This document shows positions 10,051 through 19,436 of a stretch of 64,000 nucleotides of DNA, in pieces. Made by a program: the position numbers and the translations under genes. How positions within the stretch are numbered: position 1 is the first letter of the stretch; every line of letters starts with the position of its first letter. Under the pieces are notes generated by a model, which ran no database searches, was not told where the DNA came from, and saw only the letters and a list, made by a program, of their open reading frames with translations. Origin of the DNA: a bacterium. Its GTDB lineage: Bacteria > SAR324 > XYD2-FULL-50-16 > G965216635. The DNA lies in NCBI GenBank assembly GCA_965216635.1, contig OZ244188.1:2144001-2208000 (forward strand). The letters are read 5' to 3'.

Positions 10051-11073
10051 ATGAAATTAAACATAGCCTTGGTAGGAGCCAGCGGTGCTGTTGGTACAGA
10101 GTTCTTAAAACTTTTTGAATTGAGGAACTTTCCCATCAAAAATTTAAAACTTTTATCTTCGGCGCGTTCAGCAGGCAAGTCTATTTCTTTTATGGGAGAA
10201 AAACTTATTTTAGAAAAACTTAACCCACAATCATTTAAAAACATAGACCTAGCTTTTTTTTCTGCAGGAACAGAAAGAAGTTTAGATTTCGCTCCCAAAG
10301 CTGTAGAAAGTGGCGCTTTAGTAATAGATAATTCTAGCGCTTTTCGCCTAGACGAAAAAGTTCCCTTAATCGTGCCGAGTTGCAACATACAAGAAGCTAA
10401 AAAAAATCAAGGCATTATAGCCAACCCTAACTGCTCCACCATTCAACTTGTAGAGGCTTTAAAACCCATCCACGATTTTGCAGGCATCAATAGAGTAGTG
10501 GTATCCACCTATCAAGCCGTTTCTGGTTCAGGGGTGAAGGCTATCCAAGAACTCAAAGGGCAAATCCAAGATTACGCAAACGGTAAAGAACTTACCGCTA
10601 CAATTTATCCTTTACCTATTTTGATGAATGCGATTCCGCAAGTAGACAAATTTTTAGAAGGAGGCTATACTAAAGAAGAGATGAAAATGGTTTTTGAAAC
10701 CCGTAAAATTTTGAATACTCCAAAAATGAGAATTACAGCCACCTGTGTTAGACTTCCCATTTTAAGATCCCATTCAGAATCTATTTTAATAGAAACAGAA
10801 AAAAAATTGATGCCAACAGAAGCAGTAGAAATTTGGGAAAAGGCTGGTTTAAAAGTTATCAACAAAGAAGAAGCTGGAGGATATCCAACGCCCAAAGAAA
10901 TCACAGAAACCTTTTTTACCTACATAGGTAGAGTTCGCGAAGATTTATCTAGTGAAAATGGTCTTTGTTTTTGGTGTGTAGCAGACCAGCTTTATAAAGG
11001 AGCAGCACTCAATGCGATAGAGATAGCAGAAGAATATTTTTTTCCTAAAAAATCAGAACCTATTTTTGAATAA
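10051..11073 (+). CDS. asd: Aspartate-semialdehyde dehydrogenase
   Basis: VGASGAVG, VIDNSSAFR, IANPNCSTIQ, STYQAVSGSG, KGAALNA; start moved to ATG 10051. Confidence 0.97.
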   Translation: MKLNIALVGASGAVGTEFLKLFELRNFPIKNLKLLSSARSAGKSISFMGEKLILEKLNPQSFKNIDLAFFSAGTERSLDFAPKAVESGALVIDNSSAFRLDEKVPLIVPSCNIQEAKKNQGIIANPNCSTIQLVEALKPIHDFAGINRVVVSTYQAVSGSGVKAIQELKGQIQDYANGKELTATIYPLPILMNAIPQVDKFLEGGYTKEEMKMVFETRKILNTPKMRITATCVRLPILRSHSESILIETEKKLMPTEAVEIWEKAGLKVINKEEAGGYPTPKEITETFFTYIGRVREDLSSENGLCFWCVADQLYKGAALNAIEIAEEYFFPKKSEPIFE

Positions 11074-11075
11074 GT

Positions 11076-11672
11076 ATGACTAGAATAATATCCTTTAAAA
11101 AAGGCAAACAAGAGCTACTTAAAAAAAAACAAAGTTCTAGTTTAAAAACAACTACTAAAAAGCAAACTGTCACTCAGAAACTAAAGACTGAAAAATTTAA
11201 AAACAAAACAGCCAAGTCAGAAATGGGAATTTTAGTTTGGCTTTATTGTCCTCATTGTAAAACTCTGCAATATACAGAATCTCAAGCTCCCTACGGCAGA
11301 AGGCACAAATGCGGTGTAGATATTATGGAAATAGAAGTGCCATTAGATTTAACTGCCGAAAACACCATCTGCTTAAAAAATTTAAGTATTTTGGAAGAAC
11401 TCCAGCAGCAGATTGAAGAAAAAAAAGAAAAAGGAGCAAATGATATTCTAAAACGAGTATTAGAACACTGTAGAAAAGAGGAATTATCTATGATGGAAAA
11501 GCTGAAAAATATTTCTAAAAACAAAAAATGTTTATCCTATTCTTGGGAAGATAAAAAAAAACTCCCCATAGCTAATATCAATCCACTTGGGCTTTATCTT
11601 TCCGAATTTCGTTTTAAACCCGAAATTAGATTTAAAATTTTTGGCATAGATATAGACAACAACACAGAATAG
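11076..11672 (+). CDS. Hypothetical protein with possible Zn-binding CPHC...HKC motif
   Basis: 198-aa ORF starting 2 nt after asd. Confidence 0.6.
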   Translation: MTRIISFKKGKQELLKKKQSSSLKTTTKKQTVTQKLKTEKFKNKTAKSEMGILVWLYCPHCKTLQYTESQAPYGRRHKCGVDIMEIEVPLDLTAENTICLKNLSILEELQQQIEEKKEKGANDILKRVLEHCRKEELSMMEKLKNISKNKKCLSYSWEDKKKLPIANINPLGLYLSEFRFKPEIRFKIFGIDIDNNTE

Positions 11673-11692
11673 CAGTTTGAGATTTTTGCCTA

Positions 11693-11898
11693 ACCAAATA
11701 AGACAAGCCAAATAAGACAAAACCGAGTAGGACAAAGCTAACAAATAAGACAAAACCAAATAGGACAAAGCCAACAAATAAGACAAAACCAAATAGGACA
11801 AAGCCAACAAATAAGACAAAACCAAATAGGACAAAGCCAACAAATAAGACAAAACCAAATAGGACAAAACCAACAAATAAGACAAAACCAAATAGGAC
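11693..11898. repeat. Tandem repeat, 33-bp unit CAAATAAGACAAAACCAAATAGGACAAAGCCAA, about 6 copies
   Basis: Direct inspection; 11-aa periodicity in spurious overlapping ORFs; no unique spacers. Confidence 0.95.
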
Positions 11899-11908
11899 AC
11901 AAAAAGAA

Positions 11909-12015
11909 AAAAATATTCCCTGCAGTTTTCTCAAAGAACTTCTTACAAAAAATATTCCCTACAATTTCCTCAAAGAACTTCTTCAAAAACATCCCCAGCA
12001 GTTTTCTCAAAAAAC
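11909..12015. repeat. Degenerate tandem repeat, about 39-bp unit AAATATTCCCTGCAGTTTTCTCAAAGAACTTCTT, 2-3 copies
   Basis: Direct inspection. Confidence 0.8.
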
Positions 12016-12042
12016 AAATACATTGCAGGGGACATTTTTTTT

Positions 12043-12170
12043 GCTGAATTAGACATTCTAGTTCGGCTATGCGGCGTTAAAAAAAAATTTTAACTCTTGA
12101 AATATTACATATATTCCAGCGAGCTAAAATTTTTTTTTTGTCTTGCCTAGCCTTCCTATAATGCCTAATT
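12043..12170 (+). mobile_element. Family-B palindromic element (copy 1 in the OMP array)
   Basis: GAATTAGACATTCTAGTTCGGCTA...CTAGCCTTCCTATAATGCCTAATT, homologous to 53848-54005; central hairpin shared with family A. Confidence 0.75.
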
Positions 12171-12285
12171 TTATTTGTGGGACGGGTTTTTAAAAAACAT
12201 CCCCTACAGGTTTTTAAAAAAACGCTCTTAACGAAAGCGCCCTTAAAAAAAGCTCCCTTATGATAGGCATTTTCCAGAAGCTTCC

Positions 12286-13647
12286 TTAACGAAAGCGCCA
12301 GATGAAATTTATGCTAATGGTAGCGGGGTTTTTGATTTCTGCAGTTTGGTGGTGTTGTTCGCTCACAGTTTTTGTAGTGCTTGTAGTCGTTGTTGTGATC
12401 GCTTTACTGGGAATCGTTGCAGTAACCACTATTCTAGTATCGTAGGGATTGGTATTACCAGAAAGAGCAAATCCTTGGATTGCATTGTAGTCATTTTCAT
12501 TATTATTACCACCTACCCGAACCAGACCAACAATGGCTCTCCTTTGGAAAGTAGCACCAGTAGTTAGAGGAAGAGTAGTAGTAGTCGTAGGAGTAGTCGT
12601 AGGAGTAGAATTAATGATCTGGGTATCCTGCACCGCAAGATCCAGCCCTAGCCAAAATAAACCTACCTGAATCTGCAAGTTTTTTGTAATGGCTCGGTTG
12701 TAGCCAAAATGCAAGGCGGGTGCTGTACCTGATGCCGAGCCAAAAGAAGTGTCTAGCTTTGCGCTCGCTAAACCACCTCCTACAGAAAAACCGTAGGGTA
12801 GAAAGTAACGGGCTAAAAGCACTTGGGCTTGCAGCTTGTCGTCTCCTGCGCTCCATTGGAGTTGGTTGAAAGACAAGGAGTATTTTTCAAAGTTAAAACC
12901 AAACGAGATTCCTGTTCCCTTGAGTTTTGAGGTTTCTTCTGTGGTTTTGTCTGGTAGTTTTGTTGTGTCTTCTGAGGTGTTTGTCATTGGATCAGAGGGA
13001 GATAAAGCTGACTCAAAAAAAGCTCTACAAAGAGGAGCTGCCGCAGCTTGACCCGTTGCTCCAGAGTCAATGGTTGTTGGTGTTGTATCTATTAAGAGTT
13101 GCCTTAGACCATCTAGATCACCTGTGAAGTTGTCCGTTGTGGCGTAGTTTATTAAATAGATGGTATCTCTCCCTACCCCAATATTACCTCTACGATCGGT
13201 GGGTTCTATATCCGTTGTGGGTGTTTTACCTTCCTTACACAAGGATATAGCAGCTGCTATTGCCGTATTAGCAACTGCTAGGGCACTACTGCCTCCAGCA
13301 AATTGATTCATGTGGCGGTCATCTGAAGCAAAGTTAGGCACAGTGGCGTGGTAGCTAGTAGCACCTACATCCTCGCTTACTAATTCGCTTACTTCCGTCC
13401 TTTCCTCACCTGTTATCCTGCTTGTTTTTTTGAGTTTTACATCCATCACAAAAGGACTAACACCAACAAACCAACCCTGCTGTCTTGCTTGGTTTACTTC
13501 TTGGGCTTGCAGATTTCCAACGTTTGTATAGAAAAACAAAAAAGCAGCTGTAAATATTATAAGGGGCAAAACAACCGATTTCAATATTAGAGGCAAAACA
13601 ACCGACTTCAATACAAACAAGTTCAATTTAATATTTATAGATTTCAT
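12286..13647 (-). CDS. Variable outer-membrane beta-barrel protein, paralog 1
   Basis: Signal peptide, GWFVGVSPF first strand, amphipathic core, C-terminal ISINFIWRFR. Confidence 0.85.
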   Translation of the reverse strand: MKSINIKLNLFVLKSVVLPLILKSVVLPLIIFTAAFLFFYTNVGNLQAQEVNQARQQGWFVGVSPFVMDVKLKKTSRITGEERTEVSELVSEDVGATSYHATVPNFASDDRHMNQFAGGSSALAVANTAIAAAISLCKEGKTPTTDIEPTDRRGNIGVGRDTIYLINYATTDNFTGDLDGLRQLLIDTTPTTIDSGATGQAAAAPLCRAFFESALSPSDPMTNTSEDTTKLPDKTTEETSKLKGTGISFGFNFEKYSLSFNQLQWSAGDDKLQAQVLLARYFLPYGFSVGGGLASAKLDTSFGSASGTAPALHFGYNRAITKNLQIQVGLFWLGLDLAVQDTQIINSTPTTTPTTTTTLPLTTGATFQRRAIVGLVRVGGNNNENDYNAIQGFALSGNTNPYDTRIVVTATIPSKAITTTTTSTTKTVSEQHHQTAEIKNPATISINFIWRFR

Positions 13648-13922
13648 ATTTTTTTGTAGTTAAAAAGTGAAACTAGATAAAAGATACCAGAAAAAAAAAG
13701 AAAAAACCAAATAAAAAAACAAATGCCTTGCAAGGGACATTTTTTTTGCTCCAAATGGTTGACTAAGCAACCATTTTGGATAAAAATGTGTCCCCGCAAA
13801 AATACCTTCTTCTTTAAGAACGGGGACACATTTTTTGCAAAGCAAAAAAAATGTCCCCTGCAGGTTGGGGAAAAAAAACATCCCCTACAGGTTTTTAAAA
13901 AAACGCTCTTAACGAAAGTGCC

Positions 13923-15290
13923 CTAAAAAAAACGCCAGATGAAATTTATGCTAATGGTGGCGGGATTTTTGATTTCTGCGGTTTGGTGGTGCTCCCTGGT
14001 CACAGTCTTTTTAGTGCTTGTAGTCGTTGTTCTGTTCACTCCACTGGGAATCGTTGCAGTAACCACTATTCTAGTATCGAAGGGATTGATATTAACAAAA
14101 CCAGCAAATCCTTGGAGTGCCCTATAGTCATTTGTCGTTACTGGACCACCTGTCCGCGACAGACCAACGATGGCTCTCCTTTGGAAAGTAGGAGCAGTAG
14201 TAGTTATAGGAGTAGAAATAGTAGTCGCAGAAGGAGTGAACTGGGTATCCTGCACTGCAAGATCTAGCCCTAGCCAAAATAAACCTACCTGAATCTGCAA
14301 GTTTTTTGTAATGGCTCGGTTGTAGGCAAAATGCAAGGCGGGGGCTGTACCCGATGCCGAGCCAAAAGAAGTGCCTAGCTTTGCGCTCGCTAAACCCCCT
14401 CCTACAGAAAAACCGTAGGGTAGAAAGTAACGGGCTAAAAGTACTTGGGCTTGCAGCTTGTCGTCTCCTGCGCTCCATTGGAGTTGGTTGAAAGACAAGG
14501 AGTATTTTTCAAAGTTAAAACCAAACGAGATTCCTGTTCCTTTGAGTTTTGAGGTTTCTTCTGTGTTTTCTGATAGGTCTTTTGTAGTGTCTGAGCCTGG
14601 TCCTTCCACTGTATCAGAGGGATCTAAACCTGAAGCAAAAAAAGTTTTACAAAAAGGAACTGCTACATCTTGGGACGCTGTGCTAGTGTCAATGGTTGTT
14701 GCTGGTGTGTTTTCTAAGAGTTGGCTTAGACCACTTGTTAAGTCTGTTGTTTCGTTGTAGCTTATTAAATAGATGATATCTGGCGTCTGGATTACGCCAT
14801 TAAAAAGATCTCCTTCCGTTATTATGGGTATTGCACCGCTCTGACACAAGGATATAGCATCTGCTATTGCCGCATTAGCAACTGCTAGGGAGGCTAAACC
14901 AAATTGATTCATGTGGCGGTCATCTGAAGCAAAATTAGGCACAGTGGCTTCGTATCTAATAGCATTTGCATCAAAAACACCTACCTCCTCAGTTATTCTT
15001 TCGCTTACTTGTGTCCTTTCCTCACTTGTTATCCTGCTTGTTTTTTTGAGTTTCACATCCATCACAAAAGGACTAACACCCACAAACCAACCCTGCTGTC
15101 TCTCCTGTGCCTGTAAATTTCCTACCCCTCCTACAAGAGAAAAAAGCAAACCTACTAAAAACACACCCATAACCGAGCCCGCAAACAAACCCTTAACAGA
15201 GCCAATAACCGAACCAGCAAACCTACTCTTAAACGAGCCCCTATTAGTAAAATTTTTACCAGTAATTTTATTTGTAATTTTATTTGACAT
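13923..15290 (-). CDS. Variable outer-membrane beta-barrel protein, paralog 2
   Basis: Same constant blocks as paralog 1; ends ISINFIWRFF. Confidence 0.85.
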   Translation of the reverse strand: MSNKITNKITGKNFTNRGSFKSRFAGSVIGSVKGLFAGSVMGVFLVGLLFSLVGGVGNLQAQERQQGWFVGVSPFVMDVKLKKTSRITSEERTQVSERITEEVGVFDANAIRYEATVPNFASDDRHMNQFGLASLAVANAAIADAISLCQSGAIPIITEGDLFNGVIQTPDIIYLISYNETTDLTSGLSQLLENTPATTIDTSTASQDVAVPFCKTFFASGLDPSDTVEGPGSDTTKDLSENTEETSKLKGTGISFGFNFEKYSLSFNQLQWSAGDDKLQAQVLLARYFLPYGFSVGGGLASAKLGTSFGSASGTAPALHFAYNRAITKNLQIQVGLFWLGLDLAVQDTQFTPSATTISTPITTTAPTFQRRAIVGLSRTGGPVTTNDYRALQGFAGFVNINPFDTRIVVTATIPSGVNRTTTTSTKKTVTREHHQTAEIKNPATISINFIWRFF

Positions 15291-15317
15291 TTTGTTTTTT
15301 AATTTAAATTAAACATA

Positions 15318-15462
15318 AGAAAATATAGATCTAAAATCTATCTAAAAACCTTATAATATTATAATTCTCCTTTAAAGTCAATACTAAAAAAAAGAAAATA
15401 TAGATCTAAAATCTATCTAAAAACCTTATATTATTATAATTCTCCTTTAAAGTCAACACTCA
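15318..15462 (-). promoter_or_regulatory. Two tandem copies of a ~75-bp putative sigma70 promoter module
   Basis: Minus strand TTGACT-N17-TATTAT/TAATAT, upstream of OMP2. Confidence 0.65.
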
Positions 15463-15581
15463 AAAAACAATAAACCCAAATAAAAAAATAAATGCATTGC
15501 AAGGGACATTTTTTTACAAAGTAAAAATGTGTCCCCGTTCTTAAATAAGATGTATTTGTGGAATGCGGGGACACATTTTTT

Positions 15582-15709
15582 GCTGAATTAGACATTCTAG
15601 TTCGGCTATGCGGCGTTAAAAAAAAATTTTAACTCTTGAAATATCACATATATTCCAGCGAGCTAAAATTTTTTTTTTGTCTTGCCTAGCCTTCCTATAA
15701 TGCCTAATT
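15582..15709 (+). mobile_element. Family-B palindromic element (copy 2 in the OMP array)
   Basis: Near-identical to 12043-12170. Confidence 0.75.
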
Positions 15710-15824
15710 TTATTTGTGGGACGGGTTTTTAAAAAACATCCCCTACAGGTTTTTAAAAAAACACTCTTAACAAAGACGCCCTTAAAAAAAGCTCCCTTAT
15801 GATAGGCATTTTCCAGAAGCTTCC

Positions 15825-17129
15825 TTAACGAAAACGCCAGATGAAATTTATGCTAATGGTGGCGGGGTTTTTGATTTCTGCGGTTTGGTGGTGGGTTTCG
15901 CTCACAGTTTTTGTAGTGCTGGTAGTCGTTGTTCTGTTCACTCCACTGGGAATCGTTGCAGTAACCACTATTCTAGTATCGTAGGGATTGACACCAGCAG
16001 AACCAGCAAATCCTTGGAGTGCCTTATAGTCATTTGCCGTTACTGGACCACCTGCCCGCGACAGACCAACGATGGCTCTCCTTTGGAAAGTAGGAGCAGT
16101 AGTAGTTATAGGAGTAGAAATAGTAGTCGCAGAAGGAGTGAACTGGGTATCCTGCACTGCAAGATCCAGCCCTAGCCAAAATAAACCTACCTGAATCTGC
16201 AAGTTTTTTGTAATGGCTCGGTTGTAGCCAAAATGCAAGGCGGGTGCTGTACCTGATGCCGATCCAAAAACTGTCCCTAGCTTTGCGCTCGCTAAACCAC
16301 CTCCTACAGAAAGACCGTAGGGTAGAAAGTAACGGGCTAAAAGCACTTGGGCTTGCAGCTTGTCGCCTCCTGCGCTCCATTGGAGTTGGTTGAAAGACAA
16401 GGAGTATTTTTCAAAGTTAAAACCAAACGAGATTCCTGTTCCCTTGAGTTTTGAGGTTTCTTCTGTGGGTTTGTCTGGTAGTTTTGTTGTGTCTTCTGAT
16501 GTGTTTGTCACTGGAGCAGAGGGAGATAAAGCTGACTCAAAAAAAGTTTCACAATGGGGAGCTGCTGCAGCTTGATCTGTTGTGCTAATGCTAATGTTTG
16601 TTGCTAGTGTATTTTCTAAGAGTTGCCTTAAATCAGCTAGATCATCTACTAAGTTGTCCGTTGTGGTGTAGCTTACTAAATAGATGGTGTCTTGGACGGA
16701 GGAACCCGTATCTGCTATCACTGTGGGGATTTCTCCATTACTACACAAGGATATAGCAGATGCTATTGCCGAATTGGCAACTGCCAGGGTTTCTAATTGA
16801 AGAGTGTGGCGGGGATCTAAATGAAAGTTAGGCACAGTGGCTTCGTAGCTAATAGCATTCGCATCAAAAACACCTACATCCTCGCTTACTAATTCGCTTA
16901 CTTCCGTCCTTTCCTCACCTGTTATCCTGCTTGTTTTTTTGAGCTTCACATCCATCACAAAAGGACTAACACCCACAAACCAACCCTGCTGTCTTGCTTG
17001 TTTTCCTTCTTGGGCTTGCAGATTTCCAACGTTTGTATAGAAAAACAAAAAAGCAGCTGTAAATATTATAAGGGGCAAAACAACCGACTTCAATACAAAC
17101 AAGTTCAATTTAATATTTATAGATTTCAT
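15825..17129 (-). CDS. Variable outer-membrane beta-barrel protein, paralog 3
   Basis: Same constant blocks; signal peptide shared with paralog 1. Confidence 0.85.
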   Translation of the reverse strand: MKSINIKLNLFVLKSVVLPLIIFTAAFLFFYTNVGNLQAQEGKQARQQGWFVGVSPFVMDVKLKKTSRITGEERTEVSELVSEDVGVFDANAISYEATVPNFHLDPRHTLQLETLAVANSAIASAISLCSNGEIPTVIADTGSSVQDTIYLVSYTTTDNLVDDLADLRQLLENTLATNISISTTDQAAAAPHCETFFESALSPSAPVTNTSEDTTKLPDKPTEETSKLKGTGISFGFNFEKYSLSFNQLQWSAGGDKLQAQVLLARYFLPYGLSVGGGLASAKLGTVFGSASGTAPALHFGYNRAITKNLQIQVGLFWLGLDLAVQDTQFTPSATTISTPITTTAPTFQRRAIVGLSRAGGPVTANDYKALQGFAGSAGVNPYDTRIVVTATIPSGVNRTTTTSTTKTVSETHHQTAEIKNPATISINFIWRFR

Positions 17130-17182
17130 ATTTTTTTGTAGTTAAAAAGTTAATATTAATAAAAAGAATAGAAAAAACAGCC

Positions 17183-17250
17183 AATATAGATCTAAAATCT
17201 ATCTAAAAAACCATATAATAATCAAATTCTCCTTTAAAGTCAACACTCAA
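17183..17250 (-). promoter_or_regulatory. Single copy of the promoter module
   Basis: TTGACT-TTAAAGGAGAATTTGAT-TATTAT on the minus strand. Confidence 0.65.
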
Positions 17251-17510
17251 AAAACAATAAACCCAAATAAATGCATTGCAGAGGACATTTTTTTACAAAG
17301 TAAAAAAAATGTCCCCTGCAGGTTGGGGAAAAAAAACATCCCCTACAGAAATAATTGAAAAAAAAATGTCCCCTTCAGGTTGGGGAAAAAAAATGTCCCC
17401 TTCAGGTTTTTAAAAAAACGCTCTTAACGAAAGTGCCCTAAAAAAAACACTCTTAACAAAGACGCCCTTAAAAAAAGCTCCCTTATGATAGGCATTTTCC
17501 AGAAGCTTCC

Positions 17511-18977
17511 TTAACGAAAGCGCCAGATGAAATTTATGCTAATGGTGGCGGGGTTTTTGATTTCTGCGGTTTGGTGGTGCTCCCCGGTCACAGTATTTGT
17601 AGTGTTTGTAGCTTTTGTAGTGCTTTTAGTGATTGTAGTGCTTGTAGTGCTTGAAGTTGTCGTGTCCGTTCCACTGGGAAGTGTTGCGGTAACCACTACT
17701 CTAGTATCATATGTTGAAGTGTAAAACGCCTGATATTTCCCGGGGACGTTACCTGAGTGGTTAATACCCATGATAGCTCTCTTTGTGATAGGAGAACTTG
17801 TAGGAGTAGAAGTCCTATTAGCAAGAGAAATAGTCGTAGAATCCATATTATAAGGATCAGAAATAGTAGTTGTAGTCGTAGTCGTAGGAGTAATTATCTG
17901 GGTATCCTGCACCGCAAGATCCAGCCCTAGCCAAAATAAACCTACCTGAATCTGCAAGTTTTTTGTAACGGGATAATTGTAGGCAAAATGTAAGGCGGGG
18001 GCTGTGCCCGACGCCGAGCCAAAAGAAGTGCCTAGCTTTGCGCTCGCTAAACCCCCTCCTACAGAAAAACCGTAGGGTAGAAAGTAACGGGCTAAAAGCA
18101 CTTGGGCTTGCAGCTTGTCGTCTCCTGCGCTCCATTGGAGTTGGTTGAAAGACAAGGAGTATTTTTCAAAGTTAAAACCGAACGAGATTCCTGTTCCCTT
18201 GAGTTTTGAGGTTTCTTCTGTGGTTTTTTCTGTGGGTGTGTATGTGGTTCTGTCTGGTGGGTTTTCTGTAGGACCGTCTGAGGTGGTTGTCATTTCAGAT
18301 CTAGAGTTAGAAAATTCAGAATCAAAAAGATTTTCACAATCTGATCCACGGTTAGTAGCTGGTGTATCCATTAAGAGTTGCCTTAGATCATCTGTTAAGT
18401 TGTCCGTTGCGTCGTAGCTAATATTAGTTAAATTTGTATTTGCAGCTGGTACTCTCGGAGTTCCCTTACAGACGAGGATAGCATCGTCTCCTGCCAACTC
18501 GGCGGCGGCAGGGCGGTTAGTTGCAAGTGTCCCAAATCTTCTAAAGGTGGTGGTATTATTTTTATTAAAGTTAGGCACAGTGGCGTCGTAGTCAATTTTG
18601 CTAGTATCAATGGTTGTGCTGTTTACTACCATTACATCAGTAGTTACTAACTCAGTTTCTGACTCGCTTATTAATTCACTTACATTACCTATTCGCCTGC
18701 TTGTTTTTTTGAGTTTTACATCCATCACAAAAGGACTAACACCAACAAACCAACCCTGCTGTCTCTCCTGTGCCTGTAAATTTCCTACCCCTGCTACAAG
18801 AGAAAAAAGCAAACCTACTAAAAACACACCCATAACCGAGCCCGCAAACAAACCCTTAACAGAGCCAATAACCGAACCAGCAAACCTACTCTTAAACGAG
18901 CCCCTATTAGTAAAATTTTTACCTGTAATTTTACCTGTAATTTTACCTATAATTTTACCTGTAATTTTATTTGGCAT
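17511..18977 (-). CDS. Variable outer-membrane beta-barrel protein, paralog 4 (most divergent inserts)
   Basis: Same constant blocks; signal peptide shared with paralog 2. Confidence 0.85.
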   Translation of the reverse strand: MPNKITGKIIGKITGKITGKNFTNRGSFKSRFAGSVIGSVKGLFAGSVMGVFLVGLLFSLVAGVGNLQAQERQQGWFVGVSPFVMDVKLKKTSRRIGNVSELISESETELVTTDVMVVNSTTIDTSKIDYDATVPNFNKNNTTTFRRFGTLATNRPAAAELAGDDAILVCKGTPRVPAANTNLTNISYDATDNLTDDLRQLLMDTPATNRGSDCENLFDSEFSNSRSEMTTTSDGPTENPPDRTTYTPTEKTTEETSKLKGTGISFGFNFEKYSLSFNQLQWSAGDDKLQAQVLLARYFLPYGFSVGGGLASAKLGTSFGSASGTAPALHFAYNYPVTKNLQIQVGLFWLGLDLAVQDTQIITPTTTTTTTISDPYNMDSTTISLANRTSTPTSSPITKRAIMGINHSGNVPGKYQAFYTSTYDTRVVVTATLPSGTDTTTSSTTSTTITKSTTKATNTTNTVTGEHHQTAEIKNPATISINFIWRFR

Positions 18978-19011
18978 TTTGTTTTTTAATTTAAATTAAA
19001 CACAGAAAAAA

Positions 19012-19270
19012 AGAAAATATAGATCTAAAATCTATCTAAAAACCATATAATAATCAAATTCTCCTTTAAAGTCAATACTAAAAAAAAGAAATATATCTAA
19101 AATCTATCTAAAAACCTCTAAAATCTATCTAAAAACCTCTAAAAACCTTACAATAGTCTCACAATAATCAAACGCTCCTTTAAAGTCAACACTCAAAAAA
19201 AAGAAATAGATCTAAAATCTATTTAAAAACCATATAATAATCAAATTCTCCTTTTAAAGTCAACACTAAA
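19012..19270 (-). promoter_or_regulatory. Three tandem copies of the promoter module
   Basis: AGTCAA (minus-strand -35 TTGACT) at about 19070, 19184 and 19258, each with the AAATCTAT(C/T)TAAAAACC block. Confidence 0.65.
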
Positions 19271-19436
19271 AAAAGAGAAAAAACTAAATAAAAAAACTAT
19301 ATTATTTTTTCTCTATTTGAAATTTGTCCAACTTTAGCATTATTGGGAAGGCACGCCTCCTGAGAAGATACCAGCAAAAAAATATCCCCTCGCCAAAATA
19401 CATTTTGCAGCTAAGCTAAACTTTTCTGCTACTTTA

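Noticed and set aside
11693..11898. CRISPR array
   Set aside because: Units are contiguous with no unique spacers, and no cas genes are in the window
11532..12010. Minus-strand ORFs of 90-122 aa with SYLVL/FVLFG/CPIWF periodicity
   Set aside because: Translations of the tandem repeat in three frames
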